From Minisyncoccia bacterium (GTDB taxonomy: Bacteria; Patescibacteriota; Minisyncoccia; Phycocordibacterales; Zambryskibacteraceae): a stretch of 64,000 nucleotides of DNA. Numbering within the stretch: the first letter of the stretch is position 1; the number at the start of each line of letters is the position of its first letter. Location of the stretch: NCBI GenBank assembly GCA_041742965.1, contig JBGTNQ010000003.1:12483-76482 (forward strand), written 5' to 3'. A program made the translations under genes and the position numbers. The notes under the pieces were generated by a model. The model was given only the letters and a program-made list of their open reading frames with translations, was not told the DNA's origin and did no database searches. Below are positions 1 to 10,515 of this stretch, piece by piece.

Positions 1-96
1 CGGTGCTTTGAAAAGCCACCCCACCGTCTTGGGCTCTGGGGTTACAGTATGTCCGTAATATTATAAAGTGTAATAGTCAGATTTAATTAAAATAAT

Positions 97-594
97 ATGA
101 AAAGAAAAAATTTTAGTGAGGGTTTCACATTAATTGAGCTTTTGGTCGTTATTGCAATTATCGGCATTCTCTCTAGTGTTGTGTTGGCAAGCTTGAATAC
201 CGCTAGAGCAAAGGGCGCTGATGCATCTATAAAAGCAAATCTAGCAGGCATTCGCCCTCAAGCAGAAATATTTTATGATACCAATAATCATTATGGTTCT
301 GACGTAATAGATGGGAGTTGTACCACGGCCGATAGCATTTTTCTTGACCCCAACATAACAGCGCAAATTGCTGGGGCGGTAACCTCTTCTTCTGGAGGGG
401 CTACACCAGCCACCTGCTATGCCGATGATGGAGATGACTCTGGCGTTGGTACAGCCGCATCTTCTTGGGCGGTTTCCGTACCTATGAAGACTGACCCAAA
501 TGATTCTTGGTGTGTAGACAGCACGGGCGTCTCTGCTATGGGTGTCGCTACAATTGATTCTACAACTGACTTGGCATACTGTGACCAGAGTTAA
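97..594 (+). CDS. Type IV pilin / pseudopilin with N-terminal prepilin methylation motif
   Basis: The N-terminus MKRKNFSEGFTLIELLVVIAIIGIL is a class III signal with a G|FTLIE cleavage/methylation site followed by a hydrophobic helix. Confidence 0.8.
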   Translation: MKRKNFSEGFTLIELLVVIAIIGILSSVVLASLNTARAKGADASIKANLAGIRPQAEIFYDTNNHYGSDVIDGSCTTADSIFLDPNITAQIAGAVTSSSGGATPATCYADDGDDSGVGTAASSWAVSVPMKTDPNDSWCVDSTGVSAMGVATIDSTTDLAYCDQS

Positions 595-669
595 TTTCTC
601 TTAAACAAAACGACTTAGAGAGTACTCTCTAAGTCGTTTTGTTATGCCCATTAGCGTATAATATTTTAT

Positions 670-1506
670 ATGGACGATTTAGTCTCTATTTTTGTTTTTA
701 TGTTCGGTGCGATTATCGGCAGTTTTCTTAATGTTGTTATCTTAAGATACAATACGGGAAAATCTTTAGCCGGTAGGTCTGGATGTTTTTCTTGCGGAAA
801 AAAGCTTCGTTGGTTTGAACTTATTCCTATATTCAGTTTTCTCCTTCTTCGTGGTAGGTGTGGCAACTGTCAATCCAAAATCTCTTGGCAGTATCCCATC
901 GTAGAGCTTTTGAGCGGTCTCCTGTTTGTTTTCTTTTGGCACTGGTTTAGTGTGGAGATCGGAGGGCTGGAGTCTCTATCTAAATTTGTGCTGTCCGTCA
1001 CCCTCTGGTCATCTCTTTTGATTATATTTTTCTATGATTTTAGGCATAAAATCATTCCAGATCTTTTTTCCTTCCTTTTTTCCTTTTGTGCACTGGCTCT
1101 TCTGACAATTAGTGTGTATTTCTATGGGTGGGGCATATTACCTAGCCATCTATTGGGAGCAATTTTGCTTTCTGGATTCTTTTTCGCCCTATGGTTTTTT
1201 TCAAATGGTCGATGGATGGGGTTTGGTGATGTAAAACTCGCTCTAGGTATTGGTCTCTATTTGGGTCTTTCTCAGGGTCTTTCTGCTTTAGCTTTTGCCT
1301 TTTGGATTGGTGCTGGTTTTGCAATTTTAAGGATAGTCGGCTCGAAATTGATTGTTCGTATGGGCATAAAGCGATTGAGTTCGGTTGGCGGAGGGCTTAC
1401 AATGAAGAGTGAGGTTCCGTTTGCTCCTTTTCTGATTATCGGCACATTCATCGCCCTCGTACTTCAAAGTGATGTGTTTCAAATAACTCTTTTTTTCAAT
1501 GTTTAA
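670..1506 (+). CDS. pilD: Prepilin peptidase (A24 family, PilD-like)
   Basis: N-terminal zinc-ribbon tetracysteine motif (CFSCGKKL...RCGNCQ), a polytopic membrane region and a GFGDVKL catalytic-Asp motif. Confidence 0.8.
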   Translation: MDDLVSIFVFMFGAIIGSFLNVVILRYNTGKSLAGRSGCFSCGKKLRWFELIPIFSFLLLRGRCGNCQSKISWQYPIVELLSGLLFVFFWHWFSVEIGGLESLSKFVLSVTLWSSLLIIFFYDFRHKIIPDLFSFLFSFCALALLTISVYFYGWGILPSHLLGAILLSGFFFALWFFSNGRWMGFGDVKLALGIGLYLGLSQGLSALAFAFWIGAGFAILRIVGSKLIVRMGIKRLSSVGGGLTMKSEVPFAPFLIIGTFIALVLQSDVFQITLFFNV

Positions 1507-2146
1507 CTTGTTTTTTCAAAAGAAATCTTCTGGTCCAAAATCTCTAACGGGTTTTACCCTCATAGAACTTATGATTTCTGTGAGTATTATTGGGCTTATT
1601 ACCGCCATTGTAGTTTTTAACCAAGGAGATTTAAGTGACCAAATATCTCTGAATAATGTAGTCAATGAGATAGATCTTCAGGTTCGTGAAGCGCAGGTTT
1701 ATGGTATTAGTGTTAGAGAGAGAACACCCTCTTCCGGTGATTTTGATATATCTTATGGGGTAGATTTTAATATCTCAGGAATCAATAACCCGACCAATAC
1801 TGCTTTCTATACTTTCGCTGACAGGGGGGTGAAAAACGGATACTTTGATACATTTGGTACATGTTCTACTGCTGGAGAATGTATATTTAGACACCCTGTA
1901 TCTAGGGGCAACATTATCAGTCAGCTTTGTGTTATTACATCAACAGGGAGCGAAACTTGTGGTTTAGGAAGAGTTGCCATTACTTTTGTTAGACCGAGTC
2001 CATCTGCAAAGATAGTCTTTTTTAATAGCTCTGGGAGTCTAGTGACATATTCTGGCCACAGAGGTGTTCGTATCACCCTAACTTCTCCAAAAGGTAAGAC
2101 AAAGAGTATTGTTGTTTATACGACAGGCCAAGTATCAATTAATTAG
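1499..2146 (+). CDS. Pilin-like (pseudopilin) protein
   Basis: SLTGFTLIELMISVSIIGLITAIVV prepilin N-terminus. Confidence 0.7.
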   Translation: MFNLFFQKKSSGPKSLTGFTLIELMISVSIIGLITAIVVFNQGDLSDQISLNNVVNEIDLQVREAQVYGISVRERTPSSGDFDISYGVDFNISGINNPTNTAFYTFADRGVKNGYFDTFGTCSTAGECIFRHPVSRGNIISQLCVITSTGSETCGLGRVAITFVRPSPSAKIVFFNSSGSLVTYSGHRGVRITLTSPKGKTKSIVVYTTGQVSIN

Positions 2147-2151
2147 ATGAT

Positions 2152-2778
2152 ATGAAATTTTATTACTTTTTTAATCTCATAAATAGACGAACCAAAAGAG
2201 GGGACAAACTCGGACAATCAAAAGGTTTTTCTCTTGTGGAGCTTTTGGTGGCGATAGCTATATTTGTGGTGATTTTAACATTTAGTATGGGCTCACTTTT
2301 GAGTGTTTTGGATGCTGGTAGAAAAGCGAGGTCTCTAAAATCAGTGATGACAAATTTGAACTTTACTCTTGAAATTATGTCTAGAGAGATAAAGTTCGGT
2401 AAAAATTATCGTTGTGGTGTAGCTACCAGCTTTCCTCCGGCACCACTTAACTGTACTGGTCAATCGTCCCCGGGGACTGCAATTAGCTTCGTCTCCAGTG
2501 AAGGGCAAAATATAATTTATAAAATTAATTCAGCTGGTAATGGTATAGAGAAATCTATAAACGGTGGGACCTCGTACTTAGCTGTTACCGCTCCTGAGGT
2601 GACTATTCAGGATTTAAGGTTTTATGTTTTTAATTCATATCCTCAGTCTGGGTCATCTCCAGATGACGCTCAACCAAGGGTCGTCATACTTATTAGGGGG
2701 TATGCCGGAGAGAAACCTTCTTTGCAGTCCAATTTCACCTTGCAAACTACGGTTTCTCAGAGAAGTCTTGATATATAA
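2152..2778 (+). CDS. Pilin-like (pseudopilin) protein
   Basis: KGFSLVELLVAIAIFVVILTF prepilin N-terminus. Confidence 0.7.
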   Translation: MKFYYFFNLINRRTKRGDKLGQSKGFSLVELLVAIAIFVVILTFSMGSLLSVLDAGRKARSLKSVMTNLNFTLEIMSREIKFGKNYRCGVATSFPPAPLNCTGQSSPGTAISFVSSEGQNIIYKINSAGNGIEKSINGGTSYLAVTAPEVTIQDLRFYVFNSYPQSGSSPDDAQPRVVILIRGYAGEKPSLQSNFTLQTTVSQRSLDI

Positions 2779-2782
2779 AAAT

Positions 2783-3334
2783 ATGAAATTCTTTTTTACA
2801 AAAACAAAAAATAAAATCAGTTCTTCTCGAGGATTCACCCTTTTGGAGGTTCTTATTGCTATAACTATTTTTATCTTTGCTCTTGTGGCTACCATGACCG
2901 CCGCTAGGAGTGGTCTGGCAAGTGCATACGAGTCTAGAGATCAGGTCATTGCTTTTTATCTGGCCCAAGAAGCAGTGGAGTTTATAAGAAATAAGAGAGA
3001 TACAAACAGTATTTTGAATACAGTTACTCCAACCAACTGGCTTAGTGGCGTCTCTAATCTTTCTAGTGATCCATGTTACCCCGGTAAAGTGTGTCTCATT
3101 GATGTTGTGGCGAACCAGATTACTGCCTGCGCCTCGCCAACCACCTGTCCAAACCTAAGACAAGATGTAAATACAAAAATGTACGGCTACGATTCTTCTT
3201 GGTCTTTAAATCAGTTTAAGAGAGAGGTTAGGGTGCAAAATATTAATGCTGACGAGGTGTCTATGACCGTTCTTATTACTTGGCCAAAGGGAAGTTTTGA
3301 AGTCAAAGAGATAATTTTAAATTGGCAAACTTAA
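2783..3334 (+). CDS. Pilin-like (pseudopilin) protein
   Basis: An internal ATG at 2783 gives MKFFFTKTKNKISSSRGFTLLEVLIAITIFIF; the longer ORF start at 2624 overlaps the preceding gene and is unlikely. Confidence 0.65.
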   Translation: MKFFFTKTKNKISSSRGFTLLEVLIAITIFIFALVATMTAARSGLASAYESRDQVIAFYLAQEAVEFIRNKRDTNSILNTVTPTNWLSGVSNLSSDPCYPGKVCLIDVVANQITACASPTTCPNLRQDVNTKMYGYDSSWSLNQFKREVRVQNINADEVSMTVLITWPKGSFEVKEIILNWQT

Positions 3335-3840
3335 TGAAAAACAAAAGATTTAAAATTAAAGACAGTTCACGGGGTATTGCTTTATACATTGCTATTACTA
3401 TCACTGGAGCATTGGTCTTGGTAAGTTTTGCCGTTGTAAATTTAGCCATTAGACAGATAAACATATCCTCAGCGGGGAGAGACTCACAGACCGCTTTTTA
3501 TGCGGCTGATAGCGGTGCTGAATGCGCCCTATTTTGGGATGTGAAGAACCCTTCAGGGCAGACAGCTTTTTCAACCACTACACCACAGACAACACTTTCT
3601 TGTAATGCTGACGCATCAAATCCCCTAAATGCCACTATTTCTATAAACAGAACATCTAATGGACCATATGCTACTTCAACTTTTAATATCACCTTTCTTC
3701 CCAGAACTTATTGCGCCACGGTAACTGTTGCAAAGAACTACTCTAGTGGTGTTCGGACAACCATAGAATCAAAGGGGTATAATACCTGTGCGTCAGGCGC
3801 CCTAAGGCGCGTAGAGAGGGCCATAAGAGTAGATTACTAA
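3334..3840 (+). CDS. PilX-like minor pilin
   Basis: MKNKRFKIKDSSRGIALYIAITITGALVLV resembles the PilX-type N-terminus; the start sits in a TAATG overlap with the upstream gene. Confidence 0.5.
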   Translation: MKNKRFKIKDSSRGIALYIAITITGALVLVSFAVVNLAIRQINISSAGRDSQTAFYAADSGAECALFWDVKNPSGQTAFSTTTPQTTLSCNADASNPLNATISINRTSNGPYATSTFNITFLPRTYCATVTVAKNYSSGVRTTIESKGYNTCASGALRRVERAIRVDY

Positions 3841-5898
<2,058 letters not shown>

Positions 5899-5933
5899 AA
5901 GTCTAAAAAAGTGATAATATTAGTGCTAATTAT

Positions 5934-6227
5934 ATGATTACCCCAGAAGACATAGACAAGCTTTCTAATCTATCTAGAATCGAGGTTTCCGAAGAAGAGA
6001 AAATTTCTTTCTCGAAGGAAATTGATTCCATTTTAGAATATGTGGGTCAGATATCAGAGTTGGCGAGTGAGTCAGGTGAAACAGAGCAAACCTCCTCTGT
6101 CAGGAATGTTTTTCGTCAGGATGAAAATCCACACGAAAGCGGTTTGTACACGGAGACTCTATTGAAGGAAGCTCCTGATAGTCAGGATGGCTTTGTGAAG
6201 GTTAAAAAAATTTTGTCACATGATTGA
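5934..6227 (+). CDS. gatC: Asp/Glu-tRNA amidotransferase subunit C
   Basis: Approximately 97-aa GatC-like protein (ITPEDIDKLSNLSRIEVSEEE...) directly upstream of gatA. Confidence 0.8.
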   Translation: MITPEDIDKLSNLSRIEVSEEEKISFSKEIDSILEYVGQISELASESGETEQTSSVRNVFRQDENPHESGLYTETLLKEAPDSQDGFVKVKKILSHD

Positions 6228-7635
6228 TTTAAATAATCTTTCAATAAAAAGAGCAAAAGATTCTTTTGAAAAAGGTGAGTATAGTCCCTCTGAATTGGTG
6301 TCAGAGTATTTAAATGTAATAGAGGAAAAAAATCCACAGATAAATGCTTATTTAGAAGTTTTTAGAGACGATGCATTGTCACAGGCAAAAGAAGCTGAGA
6401 AAAAAATAAAAGACGGAACTAGTGGAAAACTTTCAGGCATTCCTTTGGCTGTTAAAGATAATATTTTGATAGAAGGCAAGATTGCTAGTGCTTCTTCAAA
6501 AATACTTTCTTCATTCACGGCTCCCTATAATGCTACAGCCATCGAGAGGTTGAAAAAAGAAGGAGCTATTTTTCTCGGTAGGACAAATATGGATGAATTT
6601 GCGATGGGTAGTTCTACAGAAAATTCTGCATATGGACCGACAAAAAATCCACTTGATGAATCGCGCGTCCCTGGTGGTTCTTCTGGCGGTTCTGCCGCTG
6701 CAGTAGCTATGAATGGGGCTCTTGCCGGTTTGGGCACTGATACTGGTGGTTCCGTGAGACAGCCGGCTAGTTTTTGTGGGAAGGTAGGATTTAAGCCAAC
6801 TTATGGAGCCATATCAAGGTATGGCCTTATAGCTATGGGTAGTTCATTAGACCAATTGGGGACAATCACAAATACAGTGGATGATGCAGAGAAACTTTTT
6901 TCTATTATGAAGGGAAAAGATCCGATGGACAGCACTTCGTATTATCCAGAAGAAAAGAAGGCCAAAGACGGTGCTTTAACCATAGGCATACCCAGAGAAC
7001 TGTTTGACGGACTGAGTAAGGATGTACTTGAAAATGTCGAGTCGGCCATAAATAAGTTTCGGGATTTGGGATATAAAATTCTAGATATTGAATTACCGAG
7101 TGCTAAAAACGCCCTAGCTGTCTATTATATTTTGATGCCGGCTGAAGTCTCATCCAATCTTGCAAGGTTTGACGGTGTAAAGTATGGGCTTCACAAGGAA
7201 GGAGAAGATCTTTTGGATGAATATCTAAAGACTAGGGGCGAAGGTTTTGGCAAAGAAGTTCGGAGGCGTATTATGCTTGGAACATATGTGCTTTCTGCTG
7301 GGTACAGCGATGCCTACTATAGGAAAGCACTTTCTGTACAGAAGTTGATACAAAAAGAGTATGAAAAATCTTTTGAAAAAGTAGATTTAGTATTGACTCC
7401 CACTACTCCTACACCGGCCTTCTCCATAGGAGAGAAGACTAGTGATCCTTTGCAAATGTATTTGGCAGATGTTTTCACTGTACCTGCAAATATTTCTGGG
7501 AATCCTTCAATATCACTTCCAAATGGAACAGTTCCTTGTGGAGAGAAGAGTCTTCCTTTGGGTGTACAATTAATATCGTCAAATTACGCTGAAGATACTC
7601 TTTTTAGAGCAGGAAAAGATTTCTTGGGAGAATAA
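6220..7635 (+). CDS. gatA: Asp/Glu-tRNA amidotransferase subunit A (amidase)
   Basis: Amidase signature GGSSGGSAAAVA; translationally coupled to gatC. Confidence 0.9.
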   Translation: MIDLNNLSIKRAKDSFEKGEYSPSELVSEYLNVIEEKNPQINAYLEVFRDDALSQAKEAEKKIKDGTSGKLSGIPLAVKDNILIEGKIASASSKILSSFTAPYNATAIERLKKEGAIFLGRTNMDEFAMGSSTENSAYGPTKNPLDESRVPGGSSGGSAAAVAMNGALAGLGTDTGGSVRQPASFCGKVGFKPTYGAISRYGLIAMGSSLDQLGTITNTVDDAEKLFSIMKGKDPMDSTSYYPEEKKAKDGALTIGIPRELFDGLSKDVLENVESAINKFRDLGYKILDIELPSAKNALAVYYILMPAEVSSNLARFDGVKYGLHKEGEDLLDEYLKTRGEGFGKEVRRRIMLGTYVLSAGYSDAYYRKALSVQKLIQKEYEKSFEKVDLVLTPTTPTPAFSIGEKTSDPLQMYLADVFTVPANISGNPSISLPNGTVPCGEKSLPLGVQLISSNYAEDTLFRAGKDFLGE

Positions 7636-7648
7636 TTTAATATATTTT

Positions 7649-8305
7649 ATGGCAGACCCCAAAAAGGACGCAAAACCACCAAAACCACAACCAGTTGAGA
7701 GTCTGATAGGTATAATCTTTGTCTTGATGTTACTCGGCGCCCTTGTCACTAGGATTTTTTCTTTTATTGACGAAGAGCCGGGGGTATCTGAGTTTTTCTC
7801 TCCATCTCGTTTTGGTGATTATTTCAGCCGTCAGTTCTTACCAACCCTACTCGTAATCTCTTATGTATTGTGCTCATTTTTTATATTTGGAATTGTTTGG
7901 TCAATAATGAAGTTAAGAGAAATAAATAAGGAGGTGAATGAGATTTATAAAGAACCGGTTATATTATCGGAAGGAAATTTGGATGATGAAAAAAGTCGCA
8001 GATGGGATAGGGTTGTGTCCCACTTAAATTCTCTAAGCGAAAATGATTGGAAATTTGCAATTATTGAAGCAGATATTATGCTCGGTGATTTGTTGGACAC
8101 CTTGGGATATAGGGGAGACACCATGGCGGACAAGTTAAAAGCAGTAGAGCCTAGTGATTTTATTACCATAGAGTCGGCTTGGGAGGCTCACAAAATTCGC
8201 AATGCCATTGCTCATGAAGGAGCAGATTTTGTTTTATCCGAAAGAGAAGCTAGAAGGATTATCGATCTCTATCGAGCTGTATTCAAAGAATTCGGAGTGA
8301 TTTAG
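7649..8305 (+). CDS. Hypothetical two-TM membrane protein with a C-terminal HEPN-like R-x4-H motif
   Basis: Two hydrophobic helices are followed by a cytoplasmic domain ending in AWEAHKIRNAIAHEG. Confidence 0.5.
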   Translation: MADPKKDAKPPKPQPVESLIGIIFVLMLLGALVTRIFSFIDEEPGVSEFFSPSRFGDYFSRQFLPTLLVISYVLCSFFIFGIVWSIMKLREINKEVNEIYKEPVILSEGNLDDEKSRRWDRVVSHLNSLSENDWKFAIIEADIMLGDLLDTLGYRGDTMADKLKAVEPSDFITIESAWEAHKIRNAIAHEGADFVLSEREARRIIDLYRAVFKEFGVI

Positions 8306-8371
8306 GTTGCACCGAGGCTCTATTTGGGTATAATGTGCCACACAGGCTGTGTTCGGCCAATCAGATGGCGG

Positions 8372-8640
8372 GTTGCCGTACGCACCTGATCATTACAAAA
8401 GTAGAGTATGGTCAATATAGCGGGTTGGAGGAGTAGTACCTCGCAAGGGGACAAAGACTCATAACCTGCACAGGTTAAGTTAATTAAGTGTATATTTAGA
8501 CATAGCGGGTTGCCGTACGTACCTGATCATTACAAAAGTAGAGTATGGTCAATATAGCGGGTTGGAGGAGTAGTACCTCGACAGGCTCATAACCTGTAGG
8601 CATCAGTGCAATTCTGATACCCGCAACAAGTATGAAAATA
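8372..8640. repeat. Tandem direct repeat (2 x ~135 bp) in the tRNA-Met leader region
   Basis: The unit gcgggttgccgtacgNacctgatcattacaaaagtagagtatggtcaatatagcgggttggaggagtagtacctcg...ctcataacctg occurs twice in tandem and is followed by a perfect 16-bp hairpin (8630-8672). Confidence 0.6.
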
Positions 8641-8697
8641 ATCCTGCCTTTGCAGGATTATTTTCATAAGGTATATTTGATGGGTTCGGTATTTCTT

Positions 8698-8770
8698 GAC
8701 GGGGTAGCTCAGTTGGTAGAGCACAGGACTCATAAGCCTGGGGTCGTGGGTTCAATCCCCACCTCCGTCA
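8698..8770 (+). tRNA. tRNA-Met/Ile2 (anticodon CAU)
   Basis: Cloverleaf: acceptor GACGGGG/CUCCGUC, D-arm GCUC-AGUUGGUA-GAGC, anticodon loop CUCAUAA, T-arm GUGGG-UUCAAUC-CCCAC. G1-C72 is paired, so this is not an initiator. Confidence 0.8.
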
Positions 8771-8866
8771 CCGGCAATAAATCTGCATCTATGCGGGTTG
8801 ATATAAGTAATTTGCATGGGTGTTTTATTGCCTCTAGGTGTTGAATCTGTTAGTTTATATCGTATT

Positions 8867-8941
8867 GCGGGCGTAGCTCAATTTGGTTAGAGCACTCCCC
8901 TGTCACGGGAGAGGTTGCCGGTTCAAGTCCGGTCGCCCGCG
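8867..8941 (+). tRNA. tRNA-Asp (anticodon GUC)
   Basis: Acceptor GCGGGCG/CGCCCGC, anticodon loop CUGUCAC, T-arm GCCGG-UUCAAGU-CCGGU. Confidence 0.9.
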
Positions 8942-9135
8942 CATAAAACAAACTGTCCCGGACGCGAAAGCGTTCGGGCAGTATTGTTTTACAGTGACGC
9001 CGGACTTGAAAGACGGAGGCCGCGAAGCCGTCCTGAGCTTTGCGAAGGGCGTGGCCGAGTCCGGGCAGGAGCCACTTATGACCCCGCTATGGCGGGGGAA
9101 TTAGTGAGCTGACGCCAAGTCCGGTCGCCCGCGCA
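8942..9135 (+). other. ~190-nt GC-rich structured element abutting the tRNA-Asp 3' end, ending in a 19-bp duplicate of that 3' end
   Basis: GNRA-capped hairpins (e.g. CCCGGACGC-GAAA-GCGUUCGGG and CCCCGC-UAUG-GCGGGG). The direct repeat aagtccggtcgcccgcgca occurs at 8925-8943 and 9117-9135. A near-identical copy lies at 10939-11129. Confidence 0.6.
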
Positions 9136-9214
9136 TCGAGAAAAACAGGGCTAAAAACATAGCTCTGTTTTTTATACTGACGGGATTTTGGAACCGGTGA
9201 TATACTTTTGGTGT

Positions 9215-9889
9215 ATGGAAATAAAACAATATGACTGTTTTGAAGGCGAGAGCGTAGATTTAACACAGGCAGAAGCTGTATTAAGGGAAAAACCTGATGT
9301 TATTATTCTCGAAGCACCTGCAGATAGTGAAAAGGACCCTTCTACAATCTTTAATAACTATGAAGTATATGAAAAACCAATTGAGATGGTCCTTGAATAT
9401 CAGAAGAATTTAAGAGAATCCTCAAGTAAATTTAAATGGGTTGAGTCAGATATATTCCTGTATGAAAACATTGTTAAGTTATGGAAGGAAGGGCATAACG
9501 TAGACATTTATAGAGTCGATGCGCCTGCAGAATTGTTGAAATTATCAACGGACTCCACCTGGCCGGGTTATAGAATGACTGAACCTCTTAGGAAGGGGGT
9601 GGAGTTTAAGTGGTGGGTTTACGTCTATATAAGGGAAACAATAATGACTAAAAATATCAGATTTATTTTAGAAGTTCCTCGCTATTCAGATAGAAAGATA
9701 TTGATTTTTTTGCAAAAATTTCACTGGGACAATGTTAGGTTTAGATTAGAAAATAACGAGGATGACATATTTAGCTATTATTTCTCAGATTTCAAGGATG
9801 TCAATAAAATTAATATAAACGATAAGGTGCAGGAATTAGAAAACGACATTCTCTACAAATATTGGAATAAGGTGAAAGGTCTAAGTTAA
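9215..9889 (+). CDS. Hypothetical protein (cassette 1), paralog of 49070..49738
   Basis: Approximately 45% identity over the full length to the ORF at 49070..49738 (KPDVIILEAP/KPDIIFFEAP, KLWKEGHNVDIY/TLWKNGHDIKLY, FLQKFHWDNVRF/FLQKFHWHNVKF). The start is placed at the ATG aligned with the paralog and with the conserved spacer promoter. Confidence 0.6.
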   Translation: MEIKQYDCFEGESVDLTQAEAVLREKPDVIILEAPADSEKDPSTIFNNYEVYEKPIEMVLEYQKNLRESSSKFKWVESDIFLYENIVKLWKEGHNVDIYRVDAPAELLKLSTDSTWPGYRMTEPLRKGVEFKWWVYVYIRETIMTKNIRFILEVPRYSDRKILIFLQKFHWDNVRFRLENNEDDIFSYYFSDFKDVNKININDKVQELENDILYKYWNKVKGLS

Positions 9890-10032
9890 TTTTAAGTTCT
9901 GGTAACTTTTATTGACATGTATAAAAAATGTAGTCTGAAGTTGTATTGCATTGGTAAAAACAGAGCTAAAAATATAGCCCCGTTTTTCATACTGTAGTGA
10001 TTTTTTGGTTCTAACGGGGTATACTTTTTTGT

Positions 10033-10482
10033 ATGACCATCCCCACTCACATTCTTCTCGGTGCCATTATTGGGAAAGTTACAGGGAATTATGCACTGGC
10101 AATTGGAGCGTCTGTTATTCCCGACATTGACCACTTTGGCTCATATATAAAAAGTGGGGTTATAAAAAAGCCGAAAGTTTTTTGGGACACAATCACTAGT
10201 GCAGACGACCCTCACGGAGACCAGAGAGGTATACTGCACAATTTATTTTTCTTTCTAATTATTTCTGCTCTGTTTTATATTTTTTTACCCAAAATCGCTC
10301 TTGTCTTGGTTTTGGGATGGTTTGGGCACATTATTTTAGATGCCCTAGATAAGTCAGATTACTGGCCGTTCTACCCTAACAAAAGTGTCAACATACGAGG
10401 GCTCATCAAATATGCTTCTGCTCAAGAGCTCATGTTCTTTCTGGCTCTATTAATTATATTTATAACCCTGTTCTTCTTATAG
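10033..10482 (+). CDS. Membrane protein, YdjM/DUF457-like putative metal-dependent hydrolase (cassette 2)
   Basis: TM helices with conserved His/Asp residues (PTHILLGAII...PDIDHFGSY...GHIILD). Confidence 0.45.
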   Translation: MTIPTHILLGAIIGKVTGNYALAIGASVIPDIDHFGSYIKSGVIKKPKVFWDTITSADDPHGDQRGILHNLFFFLIISALFYIFLPKIALVLVLGWFGHIILDALDKSDYWPFYPNKSVNIRGLIKYASAQELMFFLALLIIFITLFFL

Positions 10483-10515
10483 GAGGCATTTTAGAACCAG
10501 TGGTATACTTTTAAA

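Noticed and set aside
8632-8844. A 70-aa ORF on the plus strand.
   Set aside because: It spans the tRNA-Met gene and its upstream hairpin, so it is a translation artefact.
8883-9112. Two overlapping Arg/Gly-rich ORFs (73 aa and 65 aa), and the matching 85-aa ORF at 10850-11107.
   Set aside because: They lie entirely within tRNA-Asp plus the GC-rich structured element and its second copy. The composition is that of translated structured RNA, and the frames differ between copies.
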